From: Eledone cirrhosa
Lineage: Eukaryota
DNA length: 64,000 nucleotides
Assembly (NCBI GenBank): GCA_964016885.1
Contig: OZ024741.1
Location: 369,334,001-369,398,000, forward strand
Direction: 5' to 3'
Within the stretch, counting starts at the first letter, position 1, and every line of letters starts with the position of its first letter. The notes beneath the pieces were generated by a model, which had not been told where the DNA came from, ran no database searches, and worked only from the letters and a program-made list of their open reading frames with translations. This document shows, piece by piece, positions 12,660-24,656 of this stretch. Both the position numbers and the translations under genes were made by a program.

Positions 12660-13127
12660 ATCATCATCATTTTACGTCCGCTTTTACCTGCTTGGACGGG
12701 TGGGATGGGTCTTATTCAGCACAATATCTCTCCACTTATGACGGTCCTTCGTCATCTCCACTGTGAGCTTCAACGATCTGAGGTCTCTTCTCATCACCTC
12801 CGCCCTCTACCACGTCTTCTTTCAACTGGCATTTCCTGGCACTTCGTCACCCATCGGTCATCCTCCATGCGCATCACATGTCCATACCACCTCAGTCTCC
12901 TCTCCCGTACACTACATTCTATCCCTCTCAGACACAGTTTCTCTCTCAACACATTTATGCTGGGTCGTTCACGCACATTTACACTGCACACCCAACGGAG
13001 CATGTTTGCCTCATTTCTCTCCAGCCATCGCATATCCTCTGCAGTTGCTGCCCATGTCTCACTACCATGCAGAGGAATCAGCTCCCTAAACTTCTTCCAA
13101 CCCGTCCTTATTCTAGATACTATGGCC
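12660..13127 (-). mobile_element. RTE LINE 3' fragment
   Basis: [34 protein letters not shown]; (ATG)n tail at 12660. Confidence 0.88.
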
Positions 13128-15085
13128 ATCATCATCGTTTAATGTCTATCTTCCACGCTAGCATGGGTTTAGACGGGAATTGTCCTACTTGAGGCAAGAT
13201 AGGTCGGGTGACCATGTCTCGCTCATATAGGGCTGTCTGGCAGGTTTTCTACGGCTTGATGCCCTTCCTAACACCAACCACATTTACAGTGTGGACTGGG
13301 AGGTATTTACCGTGTTACCTACACGGCCACATTACAGTGTCGACACTGTTTTTTTTGTCATGACACCTACACAACCTCATTTATTTAGGACTGGATGTTG
13401 TGGCGCCAACGTAACTTTACAGAGAAAGGGGTGGTGTTGGTGGGAGTGGGGTGGAGTAGGGGTAGTGGGATGGGGTATATATTTGGTTAAGAGGTGCCTA
13501 CTGACTAGGTTTCGCTTTGTACATAGGGAAGGCGGGTTTTCTGTATTACTGCATGGCACCAAAGATCTCCGTCCAGTGACACTCTCTTAGAGAGGTGCAA
13601 GTGTGTAAGGTCAGAATTTATCAAATCGTCCCAGGTTTTTCTGGGTCTACCTACTCCGTAACTTCCATCAATTTTGATCGCCCTGCACTTTTTTATACAG
13701 CTGTCATCTTTCATGCGCATCACGTGACCATACCAACGTAGTCTTGCACTTTTTTATACAGCTGTCATCTTTCATGCGCATCACGTGACCATACCAACGT
13801 AGTCTTCTCTCGAGTAAACAGCATCTGATCCTTCTTATTCCTAATTTCTCACTAAGTTCGTTTATGCTTTGCCGTTTGCGTATATTACTATTACACATCC
13901 AACAGAGCATGGATGCTTCGTTCCTCTCCAGTTTGCGCAGATCCTCTGCACACAAAGCCCATGTCTCACTGCCATGTAACATTGCTGTTCGTATACAGGC
14001 CTCATACAATCTGCCTTTCATTTTTAGAGAGAAACCTTTTGTGGCCAACAGTGGTATAAGCTCTTTGAACTTTTTCCATCCCATTCTGACTCTGGCTACT
14101 GTACTTTCAGAGCACCCTCCACCACTGCTGATTTTGTCACCCAGGTAACGGAAAGTGTCCACTATTTCTCTAGAACCATCTGGGCAATAGAAGGAGCTAG
14201 TATCCTGTGGCCACTTGCTACTTATTGCACCTGAGCATCGGCCACATATAAAATCTATGTTCTCAGATAGCTTACCTGTAATCCCACTACATCTTTTATG
14301 TACCCATAGTTTGCATTTGGGGCATAGAATGGAATCTCTACCTACTCCCTTCTTACATACTGAGCATGACCATTTCCCAGAGGGCACCTGTGCCCTATTG
14401 TCCTTTCTACATACTAGAACTTTAGTCTTAGACAAGTTAACTTTAAGGCCTTTTGATTCGAGGCCATGCTTCCTTGTTTGGAATTTCTTCTCTAGTTCAG
14501 CCATCGATTCGGCTATGAGAGTTAGATCATCTGCGTATAGGAGTTCCCATGGGCAACCAGTCTTGAACTCCTGTTATAGCCTGAAGGGCAATAATAAATA
14601 GGAGGGGGCTAAGGACAGAGCCTTGATGAACACCAACTTTTACACTAAATTCTTCACTATATTTGTTAATTCTAACCTTGCTGACTGTTTCTTTATACAT
14701 GGCTTGTATAGCTCTCACAAGCCATTCAACAACCCCTAGTTTTCTAAGAGCCCATCAGATAATGGAGTGGGGCGACTCTGTCAAAGGCTTTCTCCAGGTC
14801 TACAAAAGCTAAGTAGAGGGGTTTACTTTTAGCTAGGTACTTCTCCTGTAGTTGTTGTATAAGGAAAAGAGCGTCTGTGGTACTTTTACCTGGCACGAAC
14901 CCAAACTACATTTCATCTAGATCAATTTGCTCTCTGATTAGTTGAGCTATAACTCTTTCTGTGACCTTCATGACCTGGTCAACTAACTTAATGCCTCTAC
15001 AGTTTCCTCTATCTAGGGCATCTCCTTTACCCTTGTAGCAGTTAATGAGGATGCTGCTACGCTAGTCATTTGGTATGACCCCATC
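13128..15085 (-). mobile_element. RTE LINE, 3' half (RT, PHD finger, 3' UTR), decayed
   Basis: Same family as the 40013-43000 ORF: [42 protein letters not shown]. Confidence 0.95.
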
Positions 15086-18000
15086 ATTTTCTTGTCTCTC
15101 CAACATCCCTGGTCCATTTACCTATCGGTATTTATATTAAACTTCTCGTTTAACTTCTCATAATTATGGTTGAATCTGTATGACCCTTAGAAAAATTTAT
15201 CTTCTCGTTAACCTTCCCATTTCCCTCCCCCACGCCCCCACACGCCACCATTACTATTTGGTCCAATCATAATTCAGCGGCTTATAATATGTTTCTCTCC
15301 CCAATGTCGCTCACAAAACCACCGCCTCGGCTATTACTTCCTCTTCGATATGCTAGATGGACAACGGGATTTGGAGAGTCTGAAGAATGTGAACACTGAA
15401 TGTCAAAGATAAATTCACCTCCTGTTGCCAGACGAGAATGCAAAGACTCCTCTTTACTTCAGATACGGATGGCCAACATAACCCCATTTCCCTCACCCCT
15501 CCCTGCGCCTCCAACCCATCCCTTCCATCCACCCAACGAAATCCAAAACTTCAGAGTTGGTACCATGAATCTAGGCACTTTAAAAGATCGCTCCAACAAG
15601 GTAAGGAAGTTGATGTTTGTTGTGTTCAAGAGACTAGGTGGAGGGGTGGGTCTGCTAGATTCATTGTGGGTAAAAAAACGATGCTATAAACTTTTCTGGG
15701 TGGGAAATGACAATGGGCTGGGTGGAGTAGGAATTATGTTAGCAGAAAAATGGGTAGATAAGGTAATTGCCATAAATAGAGTGAACGACAGAATAATTAA
15801 AATAAGACTTGTTCTAAATAGAATTACTGTGACAGTAATATCTGCGTACGCACCCCAATCCGGACTGCCTGGCGCTATAAAAGACAGATTCTATGAGACA
15901 CTGATGCTCACTACCTCCCAAATAACCGACAGTGACTACATAATTATTGCTGGTGACCTAAATGGTCATGTTGGACAACATTGTGACGGCTATGACGTAA
16001 TCCATGGAGGCTATGGGTTTGGTACTAGAAATGAGGAAGGCTTTAGAATCCTGGAATTCTGTGACGCTAATAACCTAACTATCTTCCATTGGTGAGGAGA
16101 TCCAGCTGCTGTCAACACCCTTCTAACGGAGGGCTGGGCATGCCATGGCTGATGATGTGCAAACATGCACTGAGGCTACGCCATCTCCAGGTATTCCTGA
16201 CCGGTGTGGCTGTCGTTTATGAGACAAGCTCTTCCACAACTCGTCTCACTAACAGAGCTGCAGTCCTGGGTCAAGCGAAGACCGAAAATGGGTGCCTACA
16301 GACGCTCACAGCCCTCTACCAAGCGGAAACGGCAATCAGCGGAGACTCCACTTCGACATTCTATAGGGGATTAGTGGAGGATAAGTGCGACAATGATCTT
16401 GGATCTTGGGTGGGAAACTCTAGGCATCGAGGAGGACGAACTGACCAGTCTGTTTGGGAGGACTTTCTGTCCAGGGCCTATCGATAACTTCCAGAGGTCT
16501 CTGGCCTGGCAGTGCTACCAGTTCGAGACAAAATCTACAGGCACGGACGCCCTGGCAGAGATCCTGCCAAAAGTACCTGTCCAAGATGCGAGCAGGACAT
16601 TGAAACCGTTCTGCACGCAATTGTTCAGTGTCCAAGGGTGACCAACCTGTGGAATTATGTCGAACAGCTGCTGTCACGTGTAGGATGCATCCAGTTGTCA
16701 GCCGAGTCCATCGTGAGGATCACCCCGCCGCCTTCATTTAAGAACGAAGGGGAGGCGGTTTTCCTCTGTCTGGTGGCTATGGCGAAAGAGGTAATATGGT
16801 GGACGAGGTTAAAAGGACTGAGGGCAAACACCTTTCTCTCCGGACAACAACTCATCCCCTTCTTTAAGTATCACTTCAGAAGGAAGGTGAGAGTGGAGAG
16901 AGAGGTGCTACACCCCAGTAAATTCGCTGAAAGGTGGGTGAATGTGGCAAAAATGGCCCGAGTGAATGGGCCTTCTCTGTATATAAACCTGTAGGTTGAG
17001 GAAGATAAACAGGGGGAAGACAGGAACACCTACAAAACGTGTTCCTGGTGTTGAGGGTTGTTCTATCCACGGGGTGTAAAACAACCCTGCAGTAACGTTC
17101 CCTCCTACTGGGGATTTCAATTGTTATTTTATTATATATAGTTTATTGTTAAAGTTATTTTTATGTAAAACCTCCGCCGTCACGTCTTGTAATGTCCCAT
17201 TTTTGTACGCTCCTGTCGCAAATAAAGAAAGATATCTATAACACAAACTTCAAAAAACGAGACAATTACTTGATCACCTGTAGATCGGGGGAACACGCCA
17301 GCCAGATAGATTATATCCTTACTAGAAGACGTGACAGAGAGTCTATTGTAAACACTAAGTCCCTCCCCCATGAAGAATGCACCTCCCAACATAGCCTCAT
17401 TGTTAGTGACCTCATAGTCAGGACGAGACGAACTCAACAACAGAGGAGGACCACCCTGAGAAGAAGAATATGGAAGTTAAAGGACCCCCACAGCCAGTAA
17501 CAAATTTAAAAGCATATTACTTGATGCTTTCGACAGTAAGGAAGAGCAATTAGAGACGTACAATATAGAGGAACAATGGAAATTCCTGAAAGTGAACCTG
17601 CTGAAGGCGACAGATGAAATCTGTGGTTGGAACAGACCTATAGGCAGGAGGAGAGTAACTTGGTGGTGGAACAGTAAGGTGGAGGAGTCCATCAAAGCCA
17701 AAAAGCTGGCTTGGAAAGTATGGCGGGAAAGGGGAAGTAGAGAACACTATCAAGTGGCAAGAGGGAAGCTAGGAGACAAGTGTATTTTGCAAGAAGGGAA
17801 GCAGAGGAAAGAAAGTTCAAGCATGTTCTACAATGCGAGGGCCAAAAACGTGAGGTGTTCAGGGTTGCAAGACAATGTGTCAAGGAAAACCGTGATATTG
17901 TCGGGGAGAAGTGTGTCCATAATGATGGTGTACTTGCCATCACTAATGCTGATAAGAAGGTAGCTTGGGAGGAGAATAAATGGGAAAAAGATAGTCTGCC

Positions 18001-18200
18001 CCAAATCGATCCAATAGAGGGACCATCGGTGCAAATTAAAGGTAGTATAATAAGTAAGGCAATCAAAGATATGAAGACAGGCAAAGCAGCTGGGCCTTCA
18101 GAGATAGTTGCTGAGATGTTGAAAGCATCTGGAATGGTGGGTCACACTATGGTCACCCGGATAGTAAACCAGGTCATACAGAATGGGGTCATACCAAATG
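15086..18200 (+). mobile_element. RTE LINE, 5' half (putative 5' UTR, APE endonuclease, tether), inverted relative to its 3' half
   Basis: [41 protein letters not shown]; ends at atggggtcataccaaatga, which also starts the minus-strand half at 15085. Confidence 0.92.
16085..17232 (+). mobile_element. Tx1/L1-like LINE 3' fragment (zf-RVT CCHC) nested in the RTE
   Basis: GGLGMP, LPVRDKI..CPRCEQDIETVLHAIVQCP; AATAAA near the end; RTE resumes after a possible TATCT duplication. Confidence 0.85.
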
Positions 18201-18312
18201 ATATGTATGTATGTATGTGTGAATGTTTTGGTTGCCAACTCTGTACAAGACATTTTAGATCATTGGCTGGGCTAAAAAGCCACATTCGATCGCAGCGCTG
18301 TCAATTGCTATC

Positions 18313-18349
<37 letters not shown>

Positions 18350-18517
18350 TATTATTATTGTTGTTGTAATTATTATTGTTGTTATTGTTATTAGTATGTA
18401 TGTTTTTTTTTCTCGTGCAATGGCCATACTCGATAACGAGGGGGCAGTCATCGTCATGTATATATATGTATGTATGTATATATATAAATGTATGTATGTA
18501 TGTATGTATATATATAT

Positions 18518-19052
18518 ATTTCGTTTCTGAATTTGTTTAGCAAGATTCTTTATCTGAAATCGTGTGTTGAAACCGATATTGTTATACTTTGGGAGGGTCA
18601 TGTTGCCAATAAGAAACACACGCACCAGTTGCTTTCACTTCAATTTATTATAATAAATTTATAATAAATTTATATATTGTGATAGTTCTTTCGTCACACA
18701 CTGTGACCTCTTCGTGACTGGGGATTCCTTTCTTTGTTTCTGTCCTACGCCATTTTGTTTCTGTGTGTGTCACATTTGTTCTGTCCTACGCCATTTTGTT
18801 TCTGTTTCTGTGTGTGTCACACACAGAAACAAAATGGCGTAGGACAGAACAAAGGAGAGGCACAGAAACAAAGAAAGGAATCCCCAGTCACTGAAGAGGT
18901 CACTGTGTGACGAAAGAACTATGACAATATATAAACTATCTGGTTGTGGAACCAACCAACCAACCAGAAATTTATAAATTTATTATAATAAATTGAAGTG
19001 AAAGCAACTGGTGCGTGTGTTTCTTATTGGCAACATGACTCTCCCAAAGTAT

Positions 19053-19060
<8 letters not shown>
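18518..19060. mobile_element. Fold-back of the PLE 3' end seen at 61508-61870; HHR 18887-18925 on plus
   Basis: gtca-CTGAAGA-ggtcactgtgtgac-GAAA-gaac-TA-tgac; left arm and tail near-identical to 61508-61830. Confidence 0.85.
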
Positions 19061-19089
<29 letters not shown>

Positions 19090-19249
19090 AGGTCACCAGT
19101 TGGTGTTACTGGTAACATGTATCCCAGTACAATCTGTCTCATGATCAGGTCGTTGGCGACCCCACCAACGTTTCTTGGTGAGGAGGGTGACTTTGAACAT
19201 CCTGCAGGACTAAAAACAAAACCTGTCAAAGGGCAAAGGAGCTCTTAAG

Positions 19250-19685
19250 AGTCAATGGCCAACCAAAATCACCGGGAAAGATGACCCCTTAGCCTTTGTC
19301 AAGGCAGAATTGTAGGAGAAGGAAAACTCTGATATAACACCTGCAACCCTGATGGTATCCAATGATGTTGACTTGTTCTTCTTTTTGGTAAATATCATCT
19401 TGGTTAAGAGAGTGGGACTGGCTTTGTGCAGTGCCTTTGCTCACTATAAAAGCTTCACGGCACGGGCATTGCTTTATATCTGGAGATCTCTCTGCACTTG
19501 TCGTCACATGGTACCATGGGCCCAGCACTATGTGTCAATAATTGTCGCCAGTGTAGTGTTTGTACCAGAGTTTTCAAGTCGCTGGCTGGACTAAAAAGTC
19601 ACACTCGTTCAGCGCATCGGTAGAGGTTCTCCTACATGGATATAAAGTAGTGGCCGTACTCGAAAACGAGTTGGCAGCCACCATA
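19250..19685 (+). mobile_element. Short RTE-derived element: RTE 5'-UTR-like motif joined to a C2H2-encoding 3' end
   Basis: taggagaaggaaaactctgatat..acc motif, then [22 protein letters not shown] and tail ggccgtactcgaaaacgagttggcagccacc; second copy of the 3' part at 31421-31672. Confidence 0.6.
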
Positions 19686-19734
19686 TATGTATGTATATAT
19701 ATATATCTATGTAAATATATGTAAGTATGTATGT

Positions 19735-20068
19735 GAAGGCGCATGGTTAGTGTCGGGTTTATAATGACAAGGTTGTAAGTTTGATTCTCGGATTGGGCTG
19801 TGTTGTGTCCTTGAGCAAGACACTTTATTTCATGTTCCTCCAGTTTACTCAGCTGTAGAAATAAGTTGTGATGTCACTGGTACCAAGCTGTATCAGACAT
19901 TACCTTTACCTTCGACAACATCAGTGGTATGGAGAGGAAAAAAACAGGTATACATGGGTGACTGTTGGTCTTCCATAAACAACCTTGCCTGGATGTGTGT
20001 GAGGGAGGAGTGGCTTTCTAAGTGTAAATCCCATGGTCATTTGTTACTGAAGGTGGTCTTTACCCTTT
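19735..20068 (+). mobile_element. tRNA-derived SINE (CORE-like body)
   Basis: ggcgcatggttag..gtttgattctc..ccttgagcaagacactttatttcatgttcctccagtttactcagctgtagaaat shared with the 12283 SINE. Confidence 0.8.
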
Positions 20069-20139
20069 ATGTATATATGTGTATGTATGTATCTACATAT
20101 GTGTGTGTGTATATATGTATGTACAAACGTATGTATGTA

Positions 20140-20495
20140 TATGATGGCTGCAAACTCTGCCAAGAGTATTGCAATCACTTGTCAGGTTCAGATGGGTGAC
20201 GCTCAGATATGGCTTTTCAAGTCTGCTAAAGACTTGCACTCCTTCACACACTGACGACAACTATGGATCTCCCTGGCCTGAGGTCTTGCATCAGGTTGCC
20301 TGTGAACCTTCACAATACCATGGAGATCATAGTTCACTGGTTCTCTTTGAACATGGCTGCGACTGTGGCTCCTGAGACCAGATTTGCTCAAGCAAATTTT
20401 TCCATACTCAGGACACTTCAATTCAATGGAGACACTGATCGTTTCGAGAGATACACCAGGGCATTGCTTACGCACATCCCGTTTCACCTTCTCAT
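20140..20495 (-). mobile_element. LINE (probably RTE) 3' end with two C2H2 fingers
   Basis: CPEYGKICLSKSGLRSHSRSH and CRQCVKECKSLADLKSH; tail ..atactcttggcagagtttgcagccatc before (TACA)n. Confidence 0.65.
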
Positions 20496-20559
20496 ACATA
20501 CATATATAAATACGTATGTATATACGTATGTATGTATGTATGTTTCTCTTTCTCTTAAT

Positions 20560-22085
20560 TTTGAGTACATTTTTGACCGGCCACCTTCCTGGTGGCAAGG
20601 TTGTAAAAGAAAAGAAATTGTCATCCCTTGAATTGCAAGAATGTTTTGCAAATTTTGAAGGTGCCAACTATCGCAGCCATTTGTAGTGTATGAATTAGAG
20701 AGCTGTGCTCTTTGTCCGCAAATCCAAGTTCAGTCATACTTTGGTCCAAGCGGGTTGGTATATAACCCGTAGCTCCAATAATGATGGGTATGAAGCTAAA
20801 GGTGTATCTTGGATACTGGATTTGTAAACTCCTCATCAATGGCCCGTAGATGTCCTCCTTCTCCTGTATTTTTCTTACAATGTTGACATCAAGTGGGCAG
20901 CTGATCTCCACAACAGAACATGTTTTCAATTTGTGGTCCCAAACAACAATATCAGGCCGCTTGTGTTTTAATTTGGTGGCAGTTTTTATTTTCAGGCTCC
21001 ACCAGTATTCCTAAGTGCCATCTATCTCAAGATATTCCTCCTCATTTATTTTTAATTTTGTTTTCCTAAGTGCGTTCCAGATGGTTCTAGCTATCCCATC
21101 GTGTCTCATGGGGAGGTAGTAGCGAGACGACATTCTTTGGCAACAATATGGCTAACATCTTCGATCTTGTTTTACAAAGCCTACATTTATTGTCGACTGA
21201 TGGCCCTCCTCTTTTGTGTAGCAGATACTTGGTAGGGATTTCTTGTTCCTGTATTACATAGAGATATCCTTCAAGGTGGGATGTCATAAACTTGATATTC
21301 CATATCTCTCCTCCAGATCAATGGCTATCCTAATGAAGCGGTGAATTGGCAGTATTGGTAGAGGGTTGGACGCCATGCTTTGACGCATAGTTACGGTCCT
21401 TGCCATTCTGAGTTCAAATCCCGTTGAGGTTAACTTTGCCTTTCATCCTTCTGGGGTCGATAAAATAAAGTACTAGTAATGTACTGGGTAATTGCTGGCC
21501 TTGTGCCAATAGTAGAAACAATTATTTCCTTCATGCTCATAGACCTAGGCAAGATGGTTGCTGACTTTTTTCTTCTGTTGAAGATGCTGCTTCAGTGTTA
21601 CTATTCGGGTTTCGTATGATGTTAATATGGATTTTAGACCCTGCCCACCTTCCTTGCAAGCAGGTATGATAGTGAGTTTAGTGAGAGGAAGAACAGCAAC
21701 ACTGATATGCTATCACCCTGAAAGATGCCTTTCTGGTAACGTATTGTATCAGTCTTAATTTGCTCCTTCTCACCCCTAAGGATCAAGTTGGTGTACCAGT
21801 TCTTGGTCAGGCATTCAACGGCAGCTACAAGTGGTTGTGGGACTTTGGCTAACTGTAAACCCTTAATAATCCACCCGTTAGGTACACTATCAAAAACCTT
21901 CTGATAGTCCAGCCACACCACAGTCATGTTCCCGCAATTCTTTGCTGTTTTTTCCTGTATCATTTTATTTAGTAGGTGATCTATGGAGCCCCACACCTCC
22001 TTCTTTCTCCCAGGTTGATCAGGTGTTATAATGTTTGTTGCACAATGATCTTGCAAGAACAGATTAAGACACCCAGTGTATAATT
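20560..22085 (-). mobile_element. Decayed RLE-type non-LTR element (R4/Dong-like): RT and PD-(D/E)xK endonuclease fragments
   Basis: WLDYQKVFDSVP, KGIFQGDSISVLLF, IQEQEIPT..CRLC, HKRPDIVVWD..VVEISCPLD..IPIIIGATG. Confidence 0.85.
21335..21525 (+). mobile_element. SINE with Nin-like domain (second copy 25340-25560)
   Basis: gagttcaaatccc B box; gaggttaactttgcctttcatccttctggggtcgataaaataaagtac core. Confidence 0.8.
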
Positions 22086-22099
22086 TTATGTATGTATCT

Positions 22100-23100
22100 T
22101 AGTCTTAGATTTTTCCGTGCCATTCAGCGCATCAAGCAGTAAGTACTTGGCAGCGGTCATGATCAAGTCTTTTTGGAACGTTCGTTGCCAGGTGATCCTG
22201 GGACAACCCTGCCTCCGTTTGCTGCCAGGTGGAGTCCAGTTCATCGCTGTTGTTCATCGGGCAGGTGCAGAATTTGGCCAGCCAGGTGGAACCGTGTTCT
22301 GCAACCATCCTCTGTAGCATACACAACTCGGCTCTCCGCAGGATTTCCTCGTTTCACACTTGGTCTCACCACGACATACGAAGGATCATTCGCAGGTACT
22401 GCTGGTGGAATGTGTTCAACAGTTTCTCTGTATTTGCTGTGCTCTTCCAGGTTTCACTCAAGTAAAGCACTACCAGCAGCATGATGTTCTTGTACAGGTG
22501 CAGCTTGATCCTGGTGCTGATGCATGAAGACGACCAGACTGGGTGCAACTGTAGCTCCTTTGCTGATCTGACAATTGATGTTGAGCTCCACGTTGCCAGG
22601 ATGCTGCCCAGATAGGTGAAGTGATCAACTTCTACCAGGTGTTGTTGGTGTGTCTCTGACCACTGGACCTGTGTTGTTGGCTGTCCTCATCACCTTGGTC
22701 TTTTTGGTGTTGATACTCAGGCTGATCGTTTCCGCACTCTCTTTAGCGATCAAAGCGATGTTGTCGGCGAATGCCAGATCCCTCAGCCACGACTGGCCTC
22801 TCCATGGGATTCCTCGACCGAGTCATTCCTCTGTTTGCCTTAGCACAAAATTGGCTGCCAACAGGAATAACAGAGGAGAGAGAATGCAACCCTGCCTGAC
22901 TCCGGAGATAATATCAAAGAGCTCCGTCACACTGGACTCAGTTCGCATGCAGCCACTGGAGTTTGCGTACAGTGCCTTGAAGATAGTGATGTATCTTGCA
23001 GGAATGCTGTACGAGTGCGTGATATTCCACAGCAATTCCTGATGTACACTGTCAAATGCCTTCTGGAAATCAATGAAGTTGACTGCTAAAGGGTGCAGGA
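22100..23100 (-). mobile_element. Decayed RTE-type RT fragment
   Basis: NFIDFQKAFDSVH, SGVRQGCILSPLLF, FADN, FTYLGS, LYLSETW. Confidence 0.85.
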
Positions 23101-23914
23101 GCTCAAAGTATTGTGGTTTTTTTTTTGTCTTTTATTACTGTTTCTTTTATGATTTAAAATTTTAAAGCAGTGCCAGGTTGCTAGCCCGACGACTGCCGCC
23201 TGTATTTGCCGGTTCTTTGCCCACTGAGATCTGTGGCTCACATTCTTTTGTCATGATGAGACATTCGGCAAGACCACGGGACTCATCAGGGGATGTATGT
23301 ATATATGTATCTCTTATGAGTTCTTCCGCCCTTTGTCAGATTTTGTTTTTTGTCCTGCAGGGTGTCCAAAATCATCCTCCTGACCAAGTAAACTTGGTGG
23401 GGCTGCCGGTTTAGTCGCTGACGACCCGACGGCCATCCAAAAGTGTGTAAATATGTATATACACATGTACATATGTATGTATATGCGCGGGGACATAGAA
23501 ATAGTCGGGCTAGACACCCGATTGCGCGGAGTGAAGGACCCTTAGCTTTTGTCAGGGCATTCTTCTAGGAGAAGGCAACTCAGGAAACTGGAATAACTCC
23601 AATATAAAACCTGCGGCTCAGTAGTTATCGTTGATCTTTTCTTCTTTTCGGGTTATAGCTACTGTCGCTCAGAGAGTGGGATTGGTTTAGTGCAGTCTTT
23701 CTTCACACACAAGCATTGCACAATAGAATTAATTAATAATTATTAATAATGGTATATCGTGCTATTGCCATACTCGATAATGAGGGGGCAGCCATCATGT
23801 ATGTATGCATATATGTATATATATATATGTATGTATATGCATGTATGCATATGTATATATGTATACATGTATATATATGTATGCATAGATATGTGATTGT
23901 ATGTATGTGTGTGT

Positions 23915-24495
23915 ATAATATCTAAACATAGAAATGACTCAACAGGTAGTTCTATTTCAGTTGCTTCTCTGATTTGTCTAAGAAAACCAAAGTTGAACAG
24001 AAAAAACATGGAATAACACCAACAACAACCATAGCCAAACACACAAAACTGACCTAAGATAAATATAAATAAATAAATACACACAGGTACAATAACGACC
24101 ACACATAAACACACACTAGCGAACAAAGATAGAATACAAACACACACAGACTCTGACATGAACACACACACCAAAGAGGAAACACACACACAAACAGAGA
24201 ATAGAATAAATAAATAAATAAATAAAAAATAGAATAGACATTACAATACAACGGAAGGAAACATAATAGTACCACTGATGTTACAGTTGTGTGGCGAAAG
24301 AACTTTGTTAGACTATATATATATATATTTATATCTGTATTTTTAACTGTTGGTCAAACAATGATAAACATTGATGGCCAAATAAATTAACTATGGAGAT
24401 ATAAAAGATACAGAAACGGAAACCAACTAAACAGTGTGTTCTGTTATTATTTCTGGCAATATAACAATATGACCCTCCCCAAGTATAACAATATA
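23915..24495 (+). mobile_element. PLE 3' end (GIY-YIG C-terminus, degenerate HHR), ending ~40 nt before the Rab35 acceptor
   Basis: Homologous to 58190-58860 minus; SKHRND..RKPKLNRK; degenerate ctgatg..gcgaaagaactt at 24274-24306. Confidence 0.75.
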
Positions 24496-24536
24496 TATAT
24501 GTATTTATTTTCCTATTTCTTTTCTTTTCTTTGCAG

Positions 24537-24656
24537 CTGTTTTTAGGAATTACCAAACTAGTTCTTGTAAATAAGAAAGAGCAACAGAGAAAGGTTGTTG
24601 AGGAAGGAATACATTTGACAAGCAAGACGGTGAAGCAGAAGAAAAAATGCTGCTAA
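24537..24656 (+). CDS. Rab35: Rab35-like GTPase, terminal coding exon (polybasic tail plus CC prenylation motif)
   Basis: Long polypyrimidine tract then ttgcAG; phase 0, compatible with the upstream exon. LFLGITKLVLVNKKEQQRKVVEEGIHLTSKTVKQKKKCC* resembles Rab35 MFNCITELVL...KRKKRCC. Not in the ORF track. Confidence 0.92.
   Translation: MFLGITKLVLVNKKEQQRKVVEEGIHLTSKTVKQKKKCC

Noticed and set aside
15086-15450. HDV-like ribozyme in the putative RTE 5' UTR
   Set aside because: Known from some RTEs, but I could not trace the nested double pseudoknot by eye; it needs a descriptor search.
19085-19250. Dispersed repeat also at 23290-23440 and 59140-59310
   Set aside because: Clearly repeated, but I could not assign a family or structure, so it is left uncalled.
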